A DNA stretch of 63,125 nt, taken from Chthonomonadaceae bacterium (GTDB lineage Bacteria; Armatimonadota; Chthonomonadetes; Chthonomonadales; Chthonomonadaceae). A program made the position numbers and the translations under genes. This document shows, in pieces, positions 27,565-37,333 of the stretch. Positions within the stretch are counted from its first letter, which is position 1. Each line of letters begins with the position of its first letter. The notes beneath the pieces were generated by a model. The model was not told the origin of the DNA. It was given only the letters and a program-made list of their open reading frames with translations, and made no database searches. The stretch is taken from assembly GCA_035650735.1 (NCBI GenBank), contig DASRGZ010000035.1, positions 1 through 63,125 on the forward strand, written 5' to 3'.

Positions 27565-29544
27565 ATGGAGCTAACTCTGGCGGAAGTTGGCGCGGCGCTA
27601 CCCGCGCGCGACCTGCTGCATTTGATGGCGCTGGCCCGCGAAGGCGACCGGCGGGAGGGTATCCTGCTGCGGCAAAGCAAGGGCTGGTTTCAGGTCTCCG
27701 GAATGGGCCATGAAGCTTTGGCCGCCCTCGTCTACGCCCTGCGCCCGGACGATTATCTTTTCCCCTACTACCGCGACCGCGCGATGGTGTTGGCGCGCGG
27801 CGTCTCCAACTACGCGCTGGCACTGGCCTACCTGGCCAAGCGCGACAGCAGCAGCGGCGGACGCCAGATGCCCGGTCATTTCAGCGACCGGCAGCGCAAC
27901 ATCTTCTCCGTCGCCACGCCCACCGCGTCTCAATGTATTCCTGCCGCCGGAGCGGCCTGGGCCCTCAAGATGGGAGGCGGCGACCAGGTGGTCCTGGCGA
28001 CCGTGGGGGACGCCGCCGTGCGCCAGGGCGAGTTTTATGAGGCGCTGGCGTTTGCGCTCCAGGAGCGGCTGCCCATTCTCTTCGCCATTGAAGACAACCG
28101 CTACGGCATCAGCACCCCGACCCAGAAGTTTTTCCCTTACCGCCTGGGCGCGCTCGGCGAAGGCTGCTTAGTCAAGGTGGACGCCCGCGACCCCTACCTG
28201 CTCTTCGAGGTCGGGCAGGAGGCTGTGGCGAAGGCGCGGCGCGGCGACGGCCCGACGGTGCTCTGGTGCGAACTAGATCGGCTCTGCTCGCACACCAGCA
28301 GCGACGACCAGCGCGTCTACCGCCCGGCGGAGGAGATCGCCTGCGACCTGCTGCGCGACCCAATTGACAACCTGGCCCGGCGCCTGATAGATGAAGGCAA
28401 GATGACGATAGAGGAGTGGCACGCCGAGCAGGAAGAGATCGTGCGGCAGGTGGACGAGGAGTACCGCGCCGCCGCCACCGCGCCCGATCCCGACCCGGCA
28501 GAGGCGACCACCTATCTCTTTGGGCCGCCCGCCCCGCTCTCCGCGCCGCCCGTGCGGTTCTCCGCCGAGACCACCATGGTCGCCGCCGTCAACCAAACCT
28601 TGCAGAAGGCGCTGGAGGAGAACCCGAAGGTCCTTATCTTCGGCGAGGACATTGAAGACCCCAAGGGCGGCGTCTTCGGGCTGACAAAGGGGCTTTCCAA
28701 ACAGTTTCCGGGCCGGGTGCTCAACTCGCCGCTGGCGGAGGCAACGATTGTGGGCACGGCGGTCGGGCTGGCGAGCCTGGGCTGGCGGCCCGTCTTTGAG
28801 CTACAGTTCATTGACTTCATCTGCCCGGCCCTGAATCAGCTCATGACGCAGGTCTCCTCGCTGCGCTGGCGGACGTGCGGCGCCTGGTCGTGCCCGATGG
28901 TGCTGATGGCCCCCTATGGGGCCTATCTGCCGGGCGGAAGCCTCTGGCACAGCGAAAGTAACGAGGGCATGTGGGCGCACATCCACGGGATCAACATCGT
29001 CGTCCCTAGCACGAGCGAGGACGCCGCCGGACTGCTCTGGACGGCCCTTCACGGCAACGACCCGACGCTGTTCTTGCTGCCCAAGCACATCTTCCGCAAG
29101 CGCATGCCCGTCAGCCCGACGATTGAGGCCATTCCGTTGGGGCAGGCCGCCGTGCGCCGCACCGGCCATGACGTGACTCTAGTGACCTGGGGCAACTGCC
29201 TGGAGCTGGCGGAAGAGGCCGCCGACCATATGCACGACGAGGGCATATCGGTCGAGATCATAGACCTGCGGTGCATCTGCCCCTGCGACTATGCGACCAT
29301 CGCCGAGTCGCTGCGGCACACGGGGCGGCTGGTGGTGGTGCATGAGGACGCGCGCACGACCGGGTTCGGCCAGAGCATCCTTACGGAGATGATCTCCCAT
29401 CCCGACCGCTTCAACCTGCTGCTCTCGCCGCCGCAACTGGTAGCGCGCAAGGACGTGCCAGTGCCCTACAACCCTATCCTGGAGTACGCCGTGCTGCCCG
29501 ACCTGGAGGAGGTCATGGCCGCTATCCGACTGACAATGGAGTAG
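27565..29544 (+). CDS. 2-oxoacid (probably branched-chain) dehydrogenase E1, fused alpha/beta subunits
   Basis: PYYRDR, GDAA..N (TPP motif), HTSSDD, GEDI..GGVFG, SPLAEA and EIIDLR motifs. Confidence 0.92.
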   Translation: MELTLAEVGAALPARDLLHLMALAREGDRREGILLRQSKGWFQVSGMGHEALAALVYALRPDDYLFPYYRDRAMVLARGVSNYALALAYLAKRDSSSGGRQMPGHFSDRQRNIFSVATPTASQCIPAAGAAWALKMGGGDQVVLATVGDAAVRQGEFYEALAFALQERLPILFAIEDNRYGISTPTQKFFPYRLGALGEGCLVKVDARDPYLLFEVGQEAVAKARRGDGPTVLWCELDRLCSHTSSDDQRVYRPAEEIACDLLRDPIDNLARRLIDEGKMTIEEWHAEQEEIVRQVDEEYRAAATAPDPDPAEATTYLFGPPAPLSAPPVRFSAETTMVAAVNQTLQKALEENPKVLIFGEDIEDPKGGVFGLTKGLSKQFPGRVLNSPLAEATIVGTAVGLASLGWRPVFELQFIDFICPALNQLMTQVSSLRWRTCGAWSCPMVLMAPYGAYLPGGSLWHSESNEGMWAHIHGINIVVPSTSEDAAGLLWTALHGNDPTLFLLPKHIFRKRMPVSPTIEAIPLGQAAVRRTGHDVTLVTWGNCLELAEEAADHMHDEGISVEIIDLRCICPCDYATIAESLRHTGRLVVVHEDARTTGFGQSILTEMISHPDRFNLLLSPPQLVARKDVPVPYNPILEYAVLPDLEEVMAAIRLTME

Positions 29545-29683
29545 CCCTTTCAACAGGATGAACAGGATTTCGCAGGATTTACAGGATGAAGACAGAAGCC
29601 TTAAATCTAAGAGGAACAGAGGCAGAGGGACTGGGTGGTTGGGGTTTTAGAAATCCTGTTTTAATCCTGTTCATCCTGTTGGA
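29545..29683. repeat. ACAGGAT 9-mer palindromic MITE
   Basis: full-length inverted homologue of 38893-39056, including the middle part. Confidence 0.8.
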
Positions 29684-29688
29684 ATCTT

Positions 29689-31488
29689 TCACAGAGGATA
29701 GCCTTCCTTTTCTAGCACGCGGGCGGCGAGGTCACGGCGCAGCTGCATGGGCCCGGTTTCCCAGCGGCCCAGGCGATCCAGGAGGGCATGGACGCCGCTG
29801 AACGGCTCGTCGCGCCAGTCCACCACATCCTCCAGATCGGGCAGCGAGTCGAAGGCGTAGCGGGCGGCGGCCAGCGCCTCGTCAGCGTAGTCGCGCGCGG
29901 CGACCTGCGCGGCGAGCAGCGCGGTCTCGTAACGGGCGGGCGCGAGCGTGCGCAGCCTCTCGCAGCGCAGGGCGACGCTTTCGAGGGCGTAGGCGGAGTT
30001 GATGATGTCGGCGAGGGCGGCGGCGATCTCCTGAGCCTCCATCCACTCCGCGCCCAGCCGCTCGCTCGTCTGGTAGAGCAGGAACAGCGCCAACTGCTTC
30101 GTGTCCTGCGCCGCCGCGCGAATCGCCTCCAGCGGCTCGTCATAGAGCGGCATCTCCAGGGCCTCCTGGCGAGCGAGCTCCTGCGTGGCGCGCAAGCCCA
30201 TATCCCGTACAGGCAGGCGGCCAGCCCTGTCCCGCCGCAGCAACAGGTTGATGATCGCCAGCCGGACGATCTCGTTAGCGCCCTCGCCGATCCGCAGCAA
30301 CCGCTGATCCCGCCAGGCCCGCGCGACCGGAAACTCCTCCGTGTAGCCGTAGCCGCCGTGTATCTGGATGGCCTCGTCTGCCATCTGGCTATAGGTCTCC
30401 GAGCCGATGACTTTCACGATGTTGCACTCGATGGCGTACTCTTCGGCAGCGCGATGGTAGTGGGCGGAGGCGTCGGCGGCGTCCGGAGTAATCCCCGCAA
30501 AGGCGACATCCAGGCAACCGGCCAGCCGGTAGACCATGCTCTCCAGGGCGAAGGTTCGCGCGGCCATCTCGGCCAGCTTGTGCTGGATCAGGCCGTACTC
30601 GGCGATGGGCCGCCCGAAGGTTTTGCGCTGCTTGGCGTAGGCCGCACAGATCGTCAATAGCGCCTTGAGTCCACCGACTGCCCCCGCCTCCAGCTTGAAC
30701 CGGCCCAGGTTGAGCGCGCAAAAGGCCGCGTAGTGCCCCTTGCCGACCTCCAGCGCGTTCTCGACCGGGACGGGCACGTTCTCTAAAATGACGCGGCGGG
30801 TGGAGGTGCCGTGCATCCCTAACTTGTGCTCTTCTTTGCCGAAGGAGACGCCGGGAAAGCTACGCTCGACCAGGAAGGCGGTCACCTTCTCGCCGTCCAC
30901 CTTGGCAAAAACCGTGAACAGGTCGGCAAACGCCGTGTTCGTGATCCACATCTTCACGCCGTTGAGCAGATAGTGCCTGCCATCCGGCGAGAGAACCGCG
31001 CGGGTCTGCAAGGCGAGCGCATCGGAGCCGGAGTTGGCCTCGCTCAACGCGAAGCTGGCGATCCATTCGCCGCTGGCCAGTCTGGGCAGGTAGCGGCTCT
31101 TCTGGTCGTGGTTGCCGAAAAAGAGCAGGGGCAGTGTGCCAATGACGGTGTGCGCCTCATGGGTCAGCGCGAAGGACTGCTGGAAGTTAAGCTTTTCGGC
31201 AATCAGCGCAGAGGCCATCTGCGACAGGCCCAGGCCGCCGTAGACCTCCGGCACGTCCGCGCCGAGCAGCCCCAGCGCGCCCGCCTGCTGCATCAGCGCG
31301 TGCATCAGGGCGTGGTCGCCGCTCTCAATCCGCTCCGTCTGCGGCAGCACCTCGTTGCGCAGGAAGTCCTCGGCGGTTTTGGCGATAAGCTGGTCTTCCG
31401 TGCTGAACGCCTCTGGCACAAAGACACGGTGCGGGTCGGTCTCCTCGATCAAAAACGCGCCCCCGGCTGGGCTGAAACGGTTCTCCAT
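29689..31488 (-). CDS. acyl-CoA dehydrogenase (long form)
   Basis: FALSEANSGSD, LNGVKMWITN, QIHGGYGY and RIGEGANEI motifs; RBS ggagagg (alternative start 31515). Confidence 0.92.
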   Translation of the reverse strand: MENRFSPAGGAFLIEETDPHRVFVPEAFSTEDQLIAKTAEDFLRNEVLPQTERIESGDHALMHALMQQAGALGLLGADVPEVYGGLGLSQMASALIAEKLNFQQSFALTHEAHTVIGTLPLLFFGNHDQKSRYLPRLASGEWIASFALSEANSGSDALALQTRAVLSPDGRHYLLNGVKMWITNTAFADLFTVFAKVDGEKVTAFLVERSFPGVSFGKEEHKLGMHGTSTRRVILENVPVPVENALEVGKGHYAAFCALNLGRFKLEAGAVGGLKALLTICAAYAKQRKTFGRPIAEYGLIQHKLAEMAARTFALESMVYRLAGCLDVAFAGITPDAADASAHYHRAAEEYAIECNIVKVIGSETYSQMADEAIQIHGGYGYTEEFPVARAWRDQRLLRIGEGANEIVRLAIINLLLRRDRAGRLPVRDMGLRATQELARQEALEMPLYDEPLEAIRAAAQDTKQLALFLLYQTSERLGAEWMEAQEIAAALADIINSAYALESVALRCERLRTLAPARYETALLAAQVAARDYADEALAAARYAFDSLPDLEDVVDWRDEPFSGVHALLDRLGRWETGPMQLRRDLAARVLEKEGYPL

Positions 31489-31589
31489 CGAGCGTCTCCT
31501 CTCCGAAGCGGCCATTGCCTGCCGCCCCCAGCAAACTCTCCTGCCTCTATTATAGCACTGCTCTCCCATCCGTCACGCCGAACTGCTCT

Positions 31590-31982
31590 TTAGCTGTCTG
31601 CTAGAACCGTGACCGGATAAGCACGTATGGCTGGATCTACCGTTACCAATGTTATATCATACTCCAGGGCCTGGCAGATGAGCATTCGGTCGAACGGATC
31701 ACGGTGTAAGGCAGGGAGATGGGCAAGATGGCGCAGAGCCGCTTCTTCCAGAGAGAGACTGGCAATCAGATGGCGTTCGCACTGTAGGGGCAGATACGTT
31801 TCCGGAGGGGCAGGCAGCGGTAGTTTGCCTAGGTCGTACTTGATGCTGGCCTCCCATACGGAAACTACGCCCAAGAACACCTGATTGGCCGGGTCACGTA
31901 ATAGGCTTTGCCAGGCGAGGGATAGCTGCTTGTCTCCGCTGATGTACCAGAGGAAAATATGAGTATCAAGCAGCAGTCTCAT
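31590..31982 (-). CDS. vapC: type II toxin, VapC/PIN family
   Basis: LLDTHIFLW, SVWEASIK and HRDPFDRMLICQA motifs. Confidence 0.92.
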   Translation of the reverse strand: MRLLLDTHIFLWYISGDKQLSLAWQSLLRDPANQVFLGVVSVWEASIKYDLGKLPLPAPPETYLPLQCERHLIASLSLEEAALRHLAHLPALHRDPFDRMLICQALEYDITLVTVDPAIRAYPVTVLADS

Positions 31983-32218
31983 ACGCCCTCAAACTCCGCC
32001 AGAACGTCCTCTGGCAAGGGAGCGTCAAAGTCCTTCGGGACCACAAACTCGCCTGCGCATAACCCGAACGGTCGCCACTGCGGAGAGATAGGAAGGACCG
32101 GTTTGATTTCGGCAACCGGCGTGTCGGCTTCCAGAATCAGGACAGTTTCGCCAGCGCGGACGCGCTGTAGGTAGCCGGGCAGATCTCGCTGGATGTCCTC
32201 TATGCTGACGGTAATCAT
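31979..32218 (-). CDS. type II antitoxin, Phd/YefM family
   Basis: YLQRVRAGETVLI..PVAEI..FDAPLPE; 4-nt overlap with vapC; ATG lies 6 nt after a TATACT box. Confidence 0.88.
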   Translation of the reverse strand: MITVSIEDIQRDLPGYLQRVRAGETVLILEADTPVAEIKPVLPISPQWRPFGLCAGEFVVPKDFDAPLPEDVLAEFEGV

Positions 32219-32369
32219 AGCCACAGTATACCAAAACCACCCGACACGTACAAGTCAAGAGGCGACCCGACATTCCGCCTCAGAGTAAGCCGCCTCTCAA
32301 AGCCCAACACGCCTCATGTGGCTGGCAGCCTATCTGTTAAGCGATGACCGTAACTTACGCCTGACGTGC

Positions 32370-32400
32370 AAAAGGGGACAGAACATGACGTTCTGCCCCC
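32370..32400 (-). terminator. terminator downstream of the tRNA
   Basis: ggggcagaac/gttctgtcccc stem followed by tttt. Confidence 0.7.
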
Positions 32401-32416
32401 TGCTAAAGAGGAAAAG

Positions 32417-32490
32417 TCGGGGTGGGCGGATTTGAACCGCCGACCTCACGGTCCCGAACCGTGCACTCTACCAAGCTGAGCCACACCCCG
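32417..32490 (-). tRNA. tRNA-Pro(CGG), CCA not encoded
   Basis: cggggtgtggctcagcttggtagagtg-cacgg-tt-CGG-ga-ccgtg-aggtcggcggttcaaatccgcccaccccga folds as a cloverleaf. Confidence 0.97.
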
Positions 32491-32584
32491 CAACGTGTCC
32501 GATCTCCGGCTCTCTCTGCGCCCGAACGCCCGGTTTCCCCGGTTCCCAGCGCCTCCGCCAGCCAGCGTTCCGTACACAGCCGAT

Positions 32585-32613
32585 ATTATACCATAAGTCG
32601 GCGTGGTTGGCAA
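32585..32613 (-). promoter_or_regulatory. tRNA promoter
   Basis: TTGCCA-N17-TATAAT. Confidence 0.7.
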
Positions 32614-32663
32614 CTGAATTTTGCCGGTTAGCCTGGAGTTCGCCCTCTTTCCCAGGCGAGACC

Positions 32664-32692
32664 TTGACACTACGCCCGGATTGCTATATACT
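32664..32692 (+). promoter_or_regulatory. sigma70 promoter divergent from the tRNA
   Basis: TTGACA-N17-TATACT. Confidence 0.75.
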
Positions 32693-32757
32693 CTCTTCGG
32701 TTGACTGCCAAAAAAACCATACGCAACGACCGCAGGGCCGCTGCTTCAACCCTGGAT

Positions 32758-32825
32758 AGCGCCTGCGATGAGAACGCGCGCCGCTAAAGCCGTTTTTAGC
32801 GGCGCGCGTTCTCATCGCAGGCGCT
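32758..32825 (+). terminator. perfect 31-bp hairpin (terminator or attenuator)
   Basis: agcgcctgcgatgagaacgcgcgccgctaaa, a 6-nt loop, then the exact reverse complement, followed by a T-rich tail. Confidence 0.7.
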
Positions 32826-32843
32826 TTGTGCGTTTTCTCCTAA

Positions 32844-33176
32844 CTCCCCGTCCCCCTTATCGGCGATATTCCCATCGCCATCTACTTCATCTGCGCGACG
32901 AGTCTGCGTCAGGCGGTCATCCCGCACCGCTTGCTGGGACGCGCGAACGCAAGCATGAACTTTCTGGAGCGGGGCCTGGAGCCTGTAGGCGCGCTGGTCG
33001 GCGGCACGCTCGGCGGGCTGATCGGCCTGCGGCTGACCTGGCTGGCCGCAGTAGCGGGCATTCTGTCGGCGTCCCTCTGGATACTCTTCTCGCCCATTCC
33101 TGCGCTGCGCGACTACCCGGCCCCGGAAGTGGAGCCAGATCACGAGGAGGGATTGGTCGGCGTCCAGGTCTCATAG
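32844..33176 (+). pseudogene. MFS transporter, C-terminal remnant only
   Basis: TSLRQAVIPHRLLGRANAS..GALVGGTLGGLIGLR (last TM segments of an MFS); in-frame stop at 32841 and no N-terminal part. Confidence 0.75.
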
Positions 33177-33351
33177 CGGGTAAAGGCTGCGTCTCGCGCC
33201 CTATCACAAAGCGTTCAACAGGACGGCTCGGCGGTCTCAAAGGATCGACTTCGACAGCCGGCTGCCGACTGCAAGGGTCGGCTCGGAAACGGTTCTCAGC
33301 CCTCCGTCTTGCAAGGTTCCGACCCCCGATACCCGGTTTTCCCGACTGCCG

Positions 33352-33529
33352 CTATGGATTGGCGGGCGCAAAGGGCCAGCGGCGATTACGCCACGACCAG
33401 ACGCGGAATGGTAATGAACGGCCCGATGCCGATCATGTTGGTCATATTCAGGGCGGTGGCTTGCAGCAGTCCCAGGCGTCGGAGCAGATGCGGTTGCTGC
33501 GTGTCAGGAGCGGGTGGTTCCGGCGTCAT
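33352..33529 (-). pseudogene. APC-family amino acid permease with the interior deleted
   Basis: RBS ggaggtg; MTPE..LGLLQATALNMTNMIGIGPFITIP joined directly, out of frame, to a C-terminal WRNRRWPF..stop. Confidence 0.75.
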
Positions 33530-33565
33530 TTTCACCTCCCAAGCAGGCTCAAGGTTGCTGCCGTC

Positions 33566-33709
33566 GCCCGGCTCTAAAGGACCGGGCTGTGGGCGGCAAG
33601 CCCCATTTATGGGGCTTCCAGAGGTGGGTGAGTCTCCTTCAGGGGCAACAAGAAAGGAGAGCCCCCTTTAGGGGGCTTGCCGTCCGCAGTCCACCCCTTG
33701 AGGGGTGGC
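33566..33709. repeat. multi-hairpin palindromic REP/MITE-like element
   Basis: ctgtgggcggcaagcccc / ggggcttgccgtccgcag arms with terminal hairpins. Confidence 0.6.
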
Positions 33710-33733
33710 TGCCAGAAGATACCGTATACACTC

Positions 33734-34951
33734 TTACGTTGTCCGCGTGCGGTCAAATTCCGCGCCAGCGACGAAGACCCGCTGTACCTCCAGGGCCTTG
33801 TTTAACACTAGCACGTCGGCGCGCTTGCCCACCTCCAGGCTGCCGACCTCGGCGGCGATTCCGGCGCGCTCTGCCGGGGTCAGGCTGCCCATGCGCACGG
33901 CCTCTACCACGCTCGCGCGGGTCATCGCGGCCATGTTGCGCACCATGACTTCCATGCCGACAATCGAACTGGCAAGCCCACGACCGGGCTGAAAGCCGAC
34001 CCGGCCATCGCTGGTGAACCACTCGCCGTCCTCCTGCGGGCCGAAGCGGTACTCTCCGGGCGGCATCCCCAGCGCCCGGTTGGCGTCCGTCACCAGGCAC
34101 AGCCGCGCAGGGCCTTTCATGACGAAGGCGTACTCCAGAAGCTCCGGCGACAGGTGGCAGCCGTCGGCGATCACTTCGGTGCTCATTTCCGGGTGCATCA
34201 GCACGAACTGCTCCATGCTCCCCTGCATCGGCGTCCCGAAACGCTCCCGGATGCTGGGCACCGAACTCATCGCGCACCAGAAATGATCCACATGCCGCAG
34301 CCCCGCCTCAAAGCCGCGCGCCATCTCGGTCCAGCTTGCATTGGAGTGCCCGCAGGTGACCAGACAACCGCGCTTGTGAGCCTCCCGATAAAACGCCTCG
34401 GCTCCCGGCAGCTCAGCGGCGCAGGTGGCAATGCGGATGATGTCCAGGTCGAAAGCGAGCAGATACTCCTCCGGAGTTGGGTCGCGCCGCCCGCTCAACA
34501 GATGACAGCCGACCTTATCTGCGGCGAAATAGGGGCCGTAGAAGTGAACCCCAGCGATGCGCGCCCCCTCGGCGGCGTGCCACTGTCGCCGTACCTCCAG
34601 GCAGGACTCCAGCATAGCCGCGATCTGTTGCGGCGAGCCGATGGTCGTGGTAGGAAAGATGGTCGTGGTGCCGTGCCGGGTGTGCGCCCGGATGGCAGTA
34701 CGGGCGGCATCTGGCGTACCGTCCATGAAATCGGCCCCGTCTCCGCCGTGCACGTGGAGGTCTACGTAGCCGGGAGCGATATACCCTCCCCCGGCATCTA
34801 CGGTCAAAGCCTCTTCGGAAAGAGATAGCTCTTGCCTACGTCCCACCGCCTGGATGCGCCCCTGTCGGCAGATAACCGCGCCGTCCTCCAGGGTCCGGTC
34901 GGGCAGAACCAGGGTTCCATTCAGCCAGACAACCGCTCTCTCTGTCGTCAT
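33734..34951 (-). CDS. nagA: N-acetylglucosamine-6-phosphate deacetylase
   Basis: PGYVDLHVHG, GHSNA, HVDHFWCAM, IADGCH and VTDA motifs; the usual HLEGP reads HFYGP. Confidence 0.85.
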   Translation of the reverse strand: MTTERAVVWLNGTLVLPDRTLEDGAVICRQGRIQAVGRRQELSLSEEALTVDAGGGYIAPGYVDLHVHGGDGADFMDGTPDAARTAIRAHTRHGTTTIFPTTTIGSPQQIAAMLESCLEVRRQWHAAEGARIAGVHFYGPYFAADKVGCHLLSGRRDPTPEEYLLAFDLDIIRIATCAAELPGAEAFYREAHKRGCLVTCGHSNASWTEMARGFEAGLRHVDHFWCAMSSVPSIRERFGTPMQGSMEQFVLMHPEMSTEVIADGCHLSPELLEYAFVMKGPARLCLVTDANRALGMPPGEYRFGPQEDGEWFTSDGRVGFQPGRGLASSIVGMEVMVRNMAAMTRASVVEAVRMGSLTPAERAGIAAEVGSLEVGKRADVLVLNKALEVQRVFVAGAEFDRTRTT

Positions 34952-34996
34952 TCGGGAGATGCCTTCCTGCCAGATGCTAACGCGCCTTTGCCTCTT

Positions 34997-37069
34997 CTAT
35001 TCCTTGTCCCCTGCTCCCTGATCCTTCACGGGAAGCTCACCGCGCCAGAAGCGTTCGACGCGGGGCCATTTGCTGGCACGGGAGGCGGGCGGAAGGTATT
35101 GGACGAACTCCGGCCCGTAGTCGCGGGTGATGAGGCGCGAGTCGAGGATGCAGACGAGGCCCCGGTCGGAGCGAGTGCGGATCAGCCGCCCGAAGCCCTG
35201 TTTGAGCCGTATCTGGGCCTGCGGGACGGCGAACTCGCGGAACCAATCGCCGCCCGCATCCACGATGGCCTGCGTGCGCGCTTTCGTCACCGGCGAGTCG
35301 GGCACAGCGAAAGGCAGGCGGTCAATGATGACGCAGGAGAGCGACTCGCCCTGAATATCTACGCCCTCCCAGAAGGTCTGCACGCCCAGGAGACAGCCGT
35401 TGCCGCTGGCCCGGAACGCCTCGACGAGCTTGCCGGGCGGCAGGTCGCCCTGCTTGAACAGCGGAAACGGAAGCTTGCCGCTCAGCCGCTCGTAGACGGT
35501 GTTGAGCATGGCGCGGGAGGTGAAGAGCAGAAAGGCCCGCCCCTCGCTCAGTCGCAGCACGCGCTCGATCTCGGCGGCGATCTTCTCGGCGTAGACCGGC
35601 GTTGGGTTGGGCGCGGGCAGATGGCCCGGCACGTAGAGCATGGCCTGCCGCTTGTAGTCGAACGGGCTGCCGACAAGGCACTCCATCGCTTCCTCCGGCA
35701 CGCCCAGCCGGGAGCGGACGTAATCGAAGGTGCCGGAGTTGGAGAGCGTGGCCGAAGTGAGAATGACGCTGCCCTTGCGCGCCTCCATACGGTTCCACAG
35801 CATCTCCCGCAGGATATTAGCGACCGAGATCGGAGTTAAGTGCAGCATGACGCGCGGCTCTTTCTTGTCCCCGCGCCCGGCCAGCGTATATTCGCCCCAC
35901 CGGATGACGTTCTCATCCTTATAAAAGAACAGCTGGTGCAGCTCTTCCCGCGCCCGCCCACACATGCGCGCGATGCCCTCCAGCCGCTCGCGCAGGGTCT
36001 CGTCGCTGCGGGCGATCTCAACCAGCGTGTTTTGCAGCTGCTCGATGGCCGTGCAGGTCAGTCCCGTCCACTCCTTCGTCTTGCTGCGCGCCTCCTCCTG
36101 CAATACGTCGTCAAAGAAGAACTCGCTCTTGCCCGCCTGGAGGAACGGAATGAACAGGCTGGCGTTCATGTCCTCCAGGTTCTTGAGGCGGCCCTTATCC
36201 AGGTCCAGGCTGCGGATGTGCTTGAGTCGCTCGCTCAGGTTGACCAGGCGGCGCGAGCCGAAGTCAATGCCGAAGGTCTTGGTGGCGATGTCTTCCAGGT
36301 GGTGCGCCTCGTCGAATACCACATAGTCGTACTCAGGCAGGATGCCGGAGTTGGGGTCGGCGCGGCGGAGGGCCAGGTCGCTAAAGAAGAGGGCGTGGTT
36401 GACGACGATGAGGTTGCTCTGGGCGGCGGCCCAGCGCATTCGATAGTAGAAGCAGGAGTTGTAATAGGGGCACATCTGCGCGCGGCAGGTATCCGGCGTG
36501 GAGGTAAGCAGGCCCCAATCCGGGAAGGTAAAGGGCAGGTCGGCGACGTCGCCGGTGCAATCCTCGCGGGCGGCCCAGCGCTCGATCCGCTTGAACTGCG
36601 GGTCGTTCATCAGGAACAGGTCGCCGCGCGCGTTGTCGAGTTCCTGCTTGCACAGAAAGTTGCCGCGCCCTTTCATCAGGGTGGCGGCGATGCGCTGCTC
36701 CGCCTCCGGGAACAGGCTGAGAACGAGCGGGATGTCCTTCTCCATCAACTGAGTTTGCAGGCTGATGGTGTGGGTGCTGATGACGGTGCGCTTGCCGCGC
36801 AGGGCGGCGCGGACGGCGGGGATGAGGTAGGCCAGGGTTTTCCCGACTCCCGTGCCGGCTTCTGTCAGGCAGGGTTTTCCTGCCAGCATCGCCTGCTCGA
36901 TGGCTTCCGCTAGCTGCAATTGCTCAGCACGCGCTTCGTAGCCGGGAAGGACGGCGGCGAGCGGGCCATCCGGACCAAAAAAGGCTTCCAGTGCCGCCGG
37001 ATGCCCCGTCTTGTGCGCCTTCGTTCGGCTGGCGCGCGCGCTTTTTGCGGCTTTTGCGGGTGTCGGCAT
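34997..37069 (-). CDS. ATP-dependent DNA helicase, DinG/YoaA family
   Basis: EAGTGVGKT, KGRGNFLC, Fe-S Cys residues, DEAH, SAT, FWEGVD and QGFGRLIR motifs. Confidence 0.93.
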   Translation of the reverse strand: MPTPAKAAKSARASRTKAHKTGHPAALEAFFGPDGPLAAVLPGYEARAEQLQLAEAIEQAMLAGKPCLTEAGTGVGKTLAYLIPAVRAALRGKRTVISTHTISLQTQLMEKDIPLVLSLFPEAEQRIAATLMKGRGNFLCKQELDNARGDLFLMNDPQFKRIERWAAREDCTGDVADLPFTFPDWGLLTSTPDTCRAQMCPYYNSCFYYRMRWAAAQSNLIVVNHALFFSDLALRRADPNSGILPEYDYVVFDEAHHLEDIATKTFGIDFGSRRLVNLSERLKHIRSLDLDKGRLKNLEDMNASLFIPFLQAGKSEFFFDDVLQEEARSKTKEWTGLTCTAIEQLQNTLVEIARSDETLRERLEGIARMCGRAREELHQLFFYKDENVIRWGEYTLAGRGDKKEPRVMLHLTPISVANILREMLWNRMEARKGSVILTSATLSNSGTFDYVRSRLGVPEEAMECLVGSPFDYKRQAMLYVPGHLPAPNPTPVYAEKIAAEIERVLRLSEGRAFLLFTSRAMLNTVYERLSGKLPFPLFKQGDLPPGKLVEAFRASGNGCLLGVQTFWEGVDIQGESLSCVIIDRLPFAVPDSPVTKARTQAIVDAGGDWFREFAVPQAQIRLKQGFGRLIRTRSDRGLVCILDSRLITRDYGPEFVQYLPPASRASKWPRVERFWRGELPVKDQGAGDKE

Positions 37070-37177
37070 ACCTGGAGTGTCCCTTAAGTGATTGCGTAGA
37101 CGGTAGTTTAGCGGATAGGATATTATACGCGAACGCGGCAGGCATTGCAAGCGGACATGCCATCCCTACACGCCCCT

Positions 37178-37218
37178 AAAAAGCAAAAGAACGTACCGTC
37201 ATTGGAAGCACGGTACGT
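37178..37218 (-). terminator. intrinsic terminator
   Basis: acgtaccgt/acggtacgt stem followed by tcttttgcttttt. Confidence 0.7.
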
Positions 37219-37276
37219 CTCTCGCATTCTGGCCCTCACTCCCTAGCACGCACAGGAAAGCTCCTCTGGCTCTCAT

Positions 37277-37333
37277 TCAGGGATGGGCGTTGGGGTCTTC
37301 GACGGTCAATCCTTCGGTAAAATAGACGGGCAT
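37277..37333 (-). pseudogene. PIN/VapC toxin remnant (18 codons, in-frame internal deletion)
   Basis: MPVYF-TEGLTVEDPNAHP*; both halves resemble the ends of a VapC subfamily; TAATG-coupled to the upstream antitoxin. Confidence 0.6.

Noticed and set aside
31590..32417. tRNA-Pro-integrated island carrying the TA pair
   Set aside because: no integrase gene and no duplicated tRNA 3' end found
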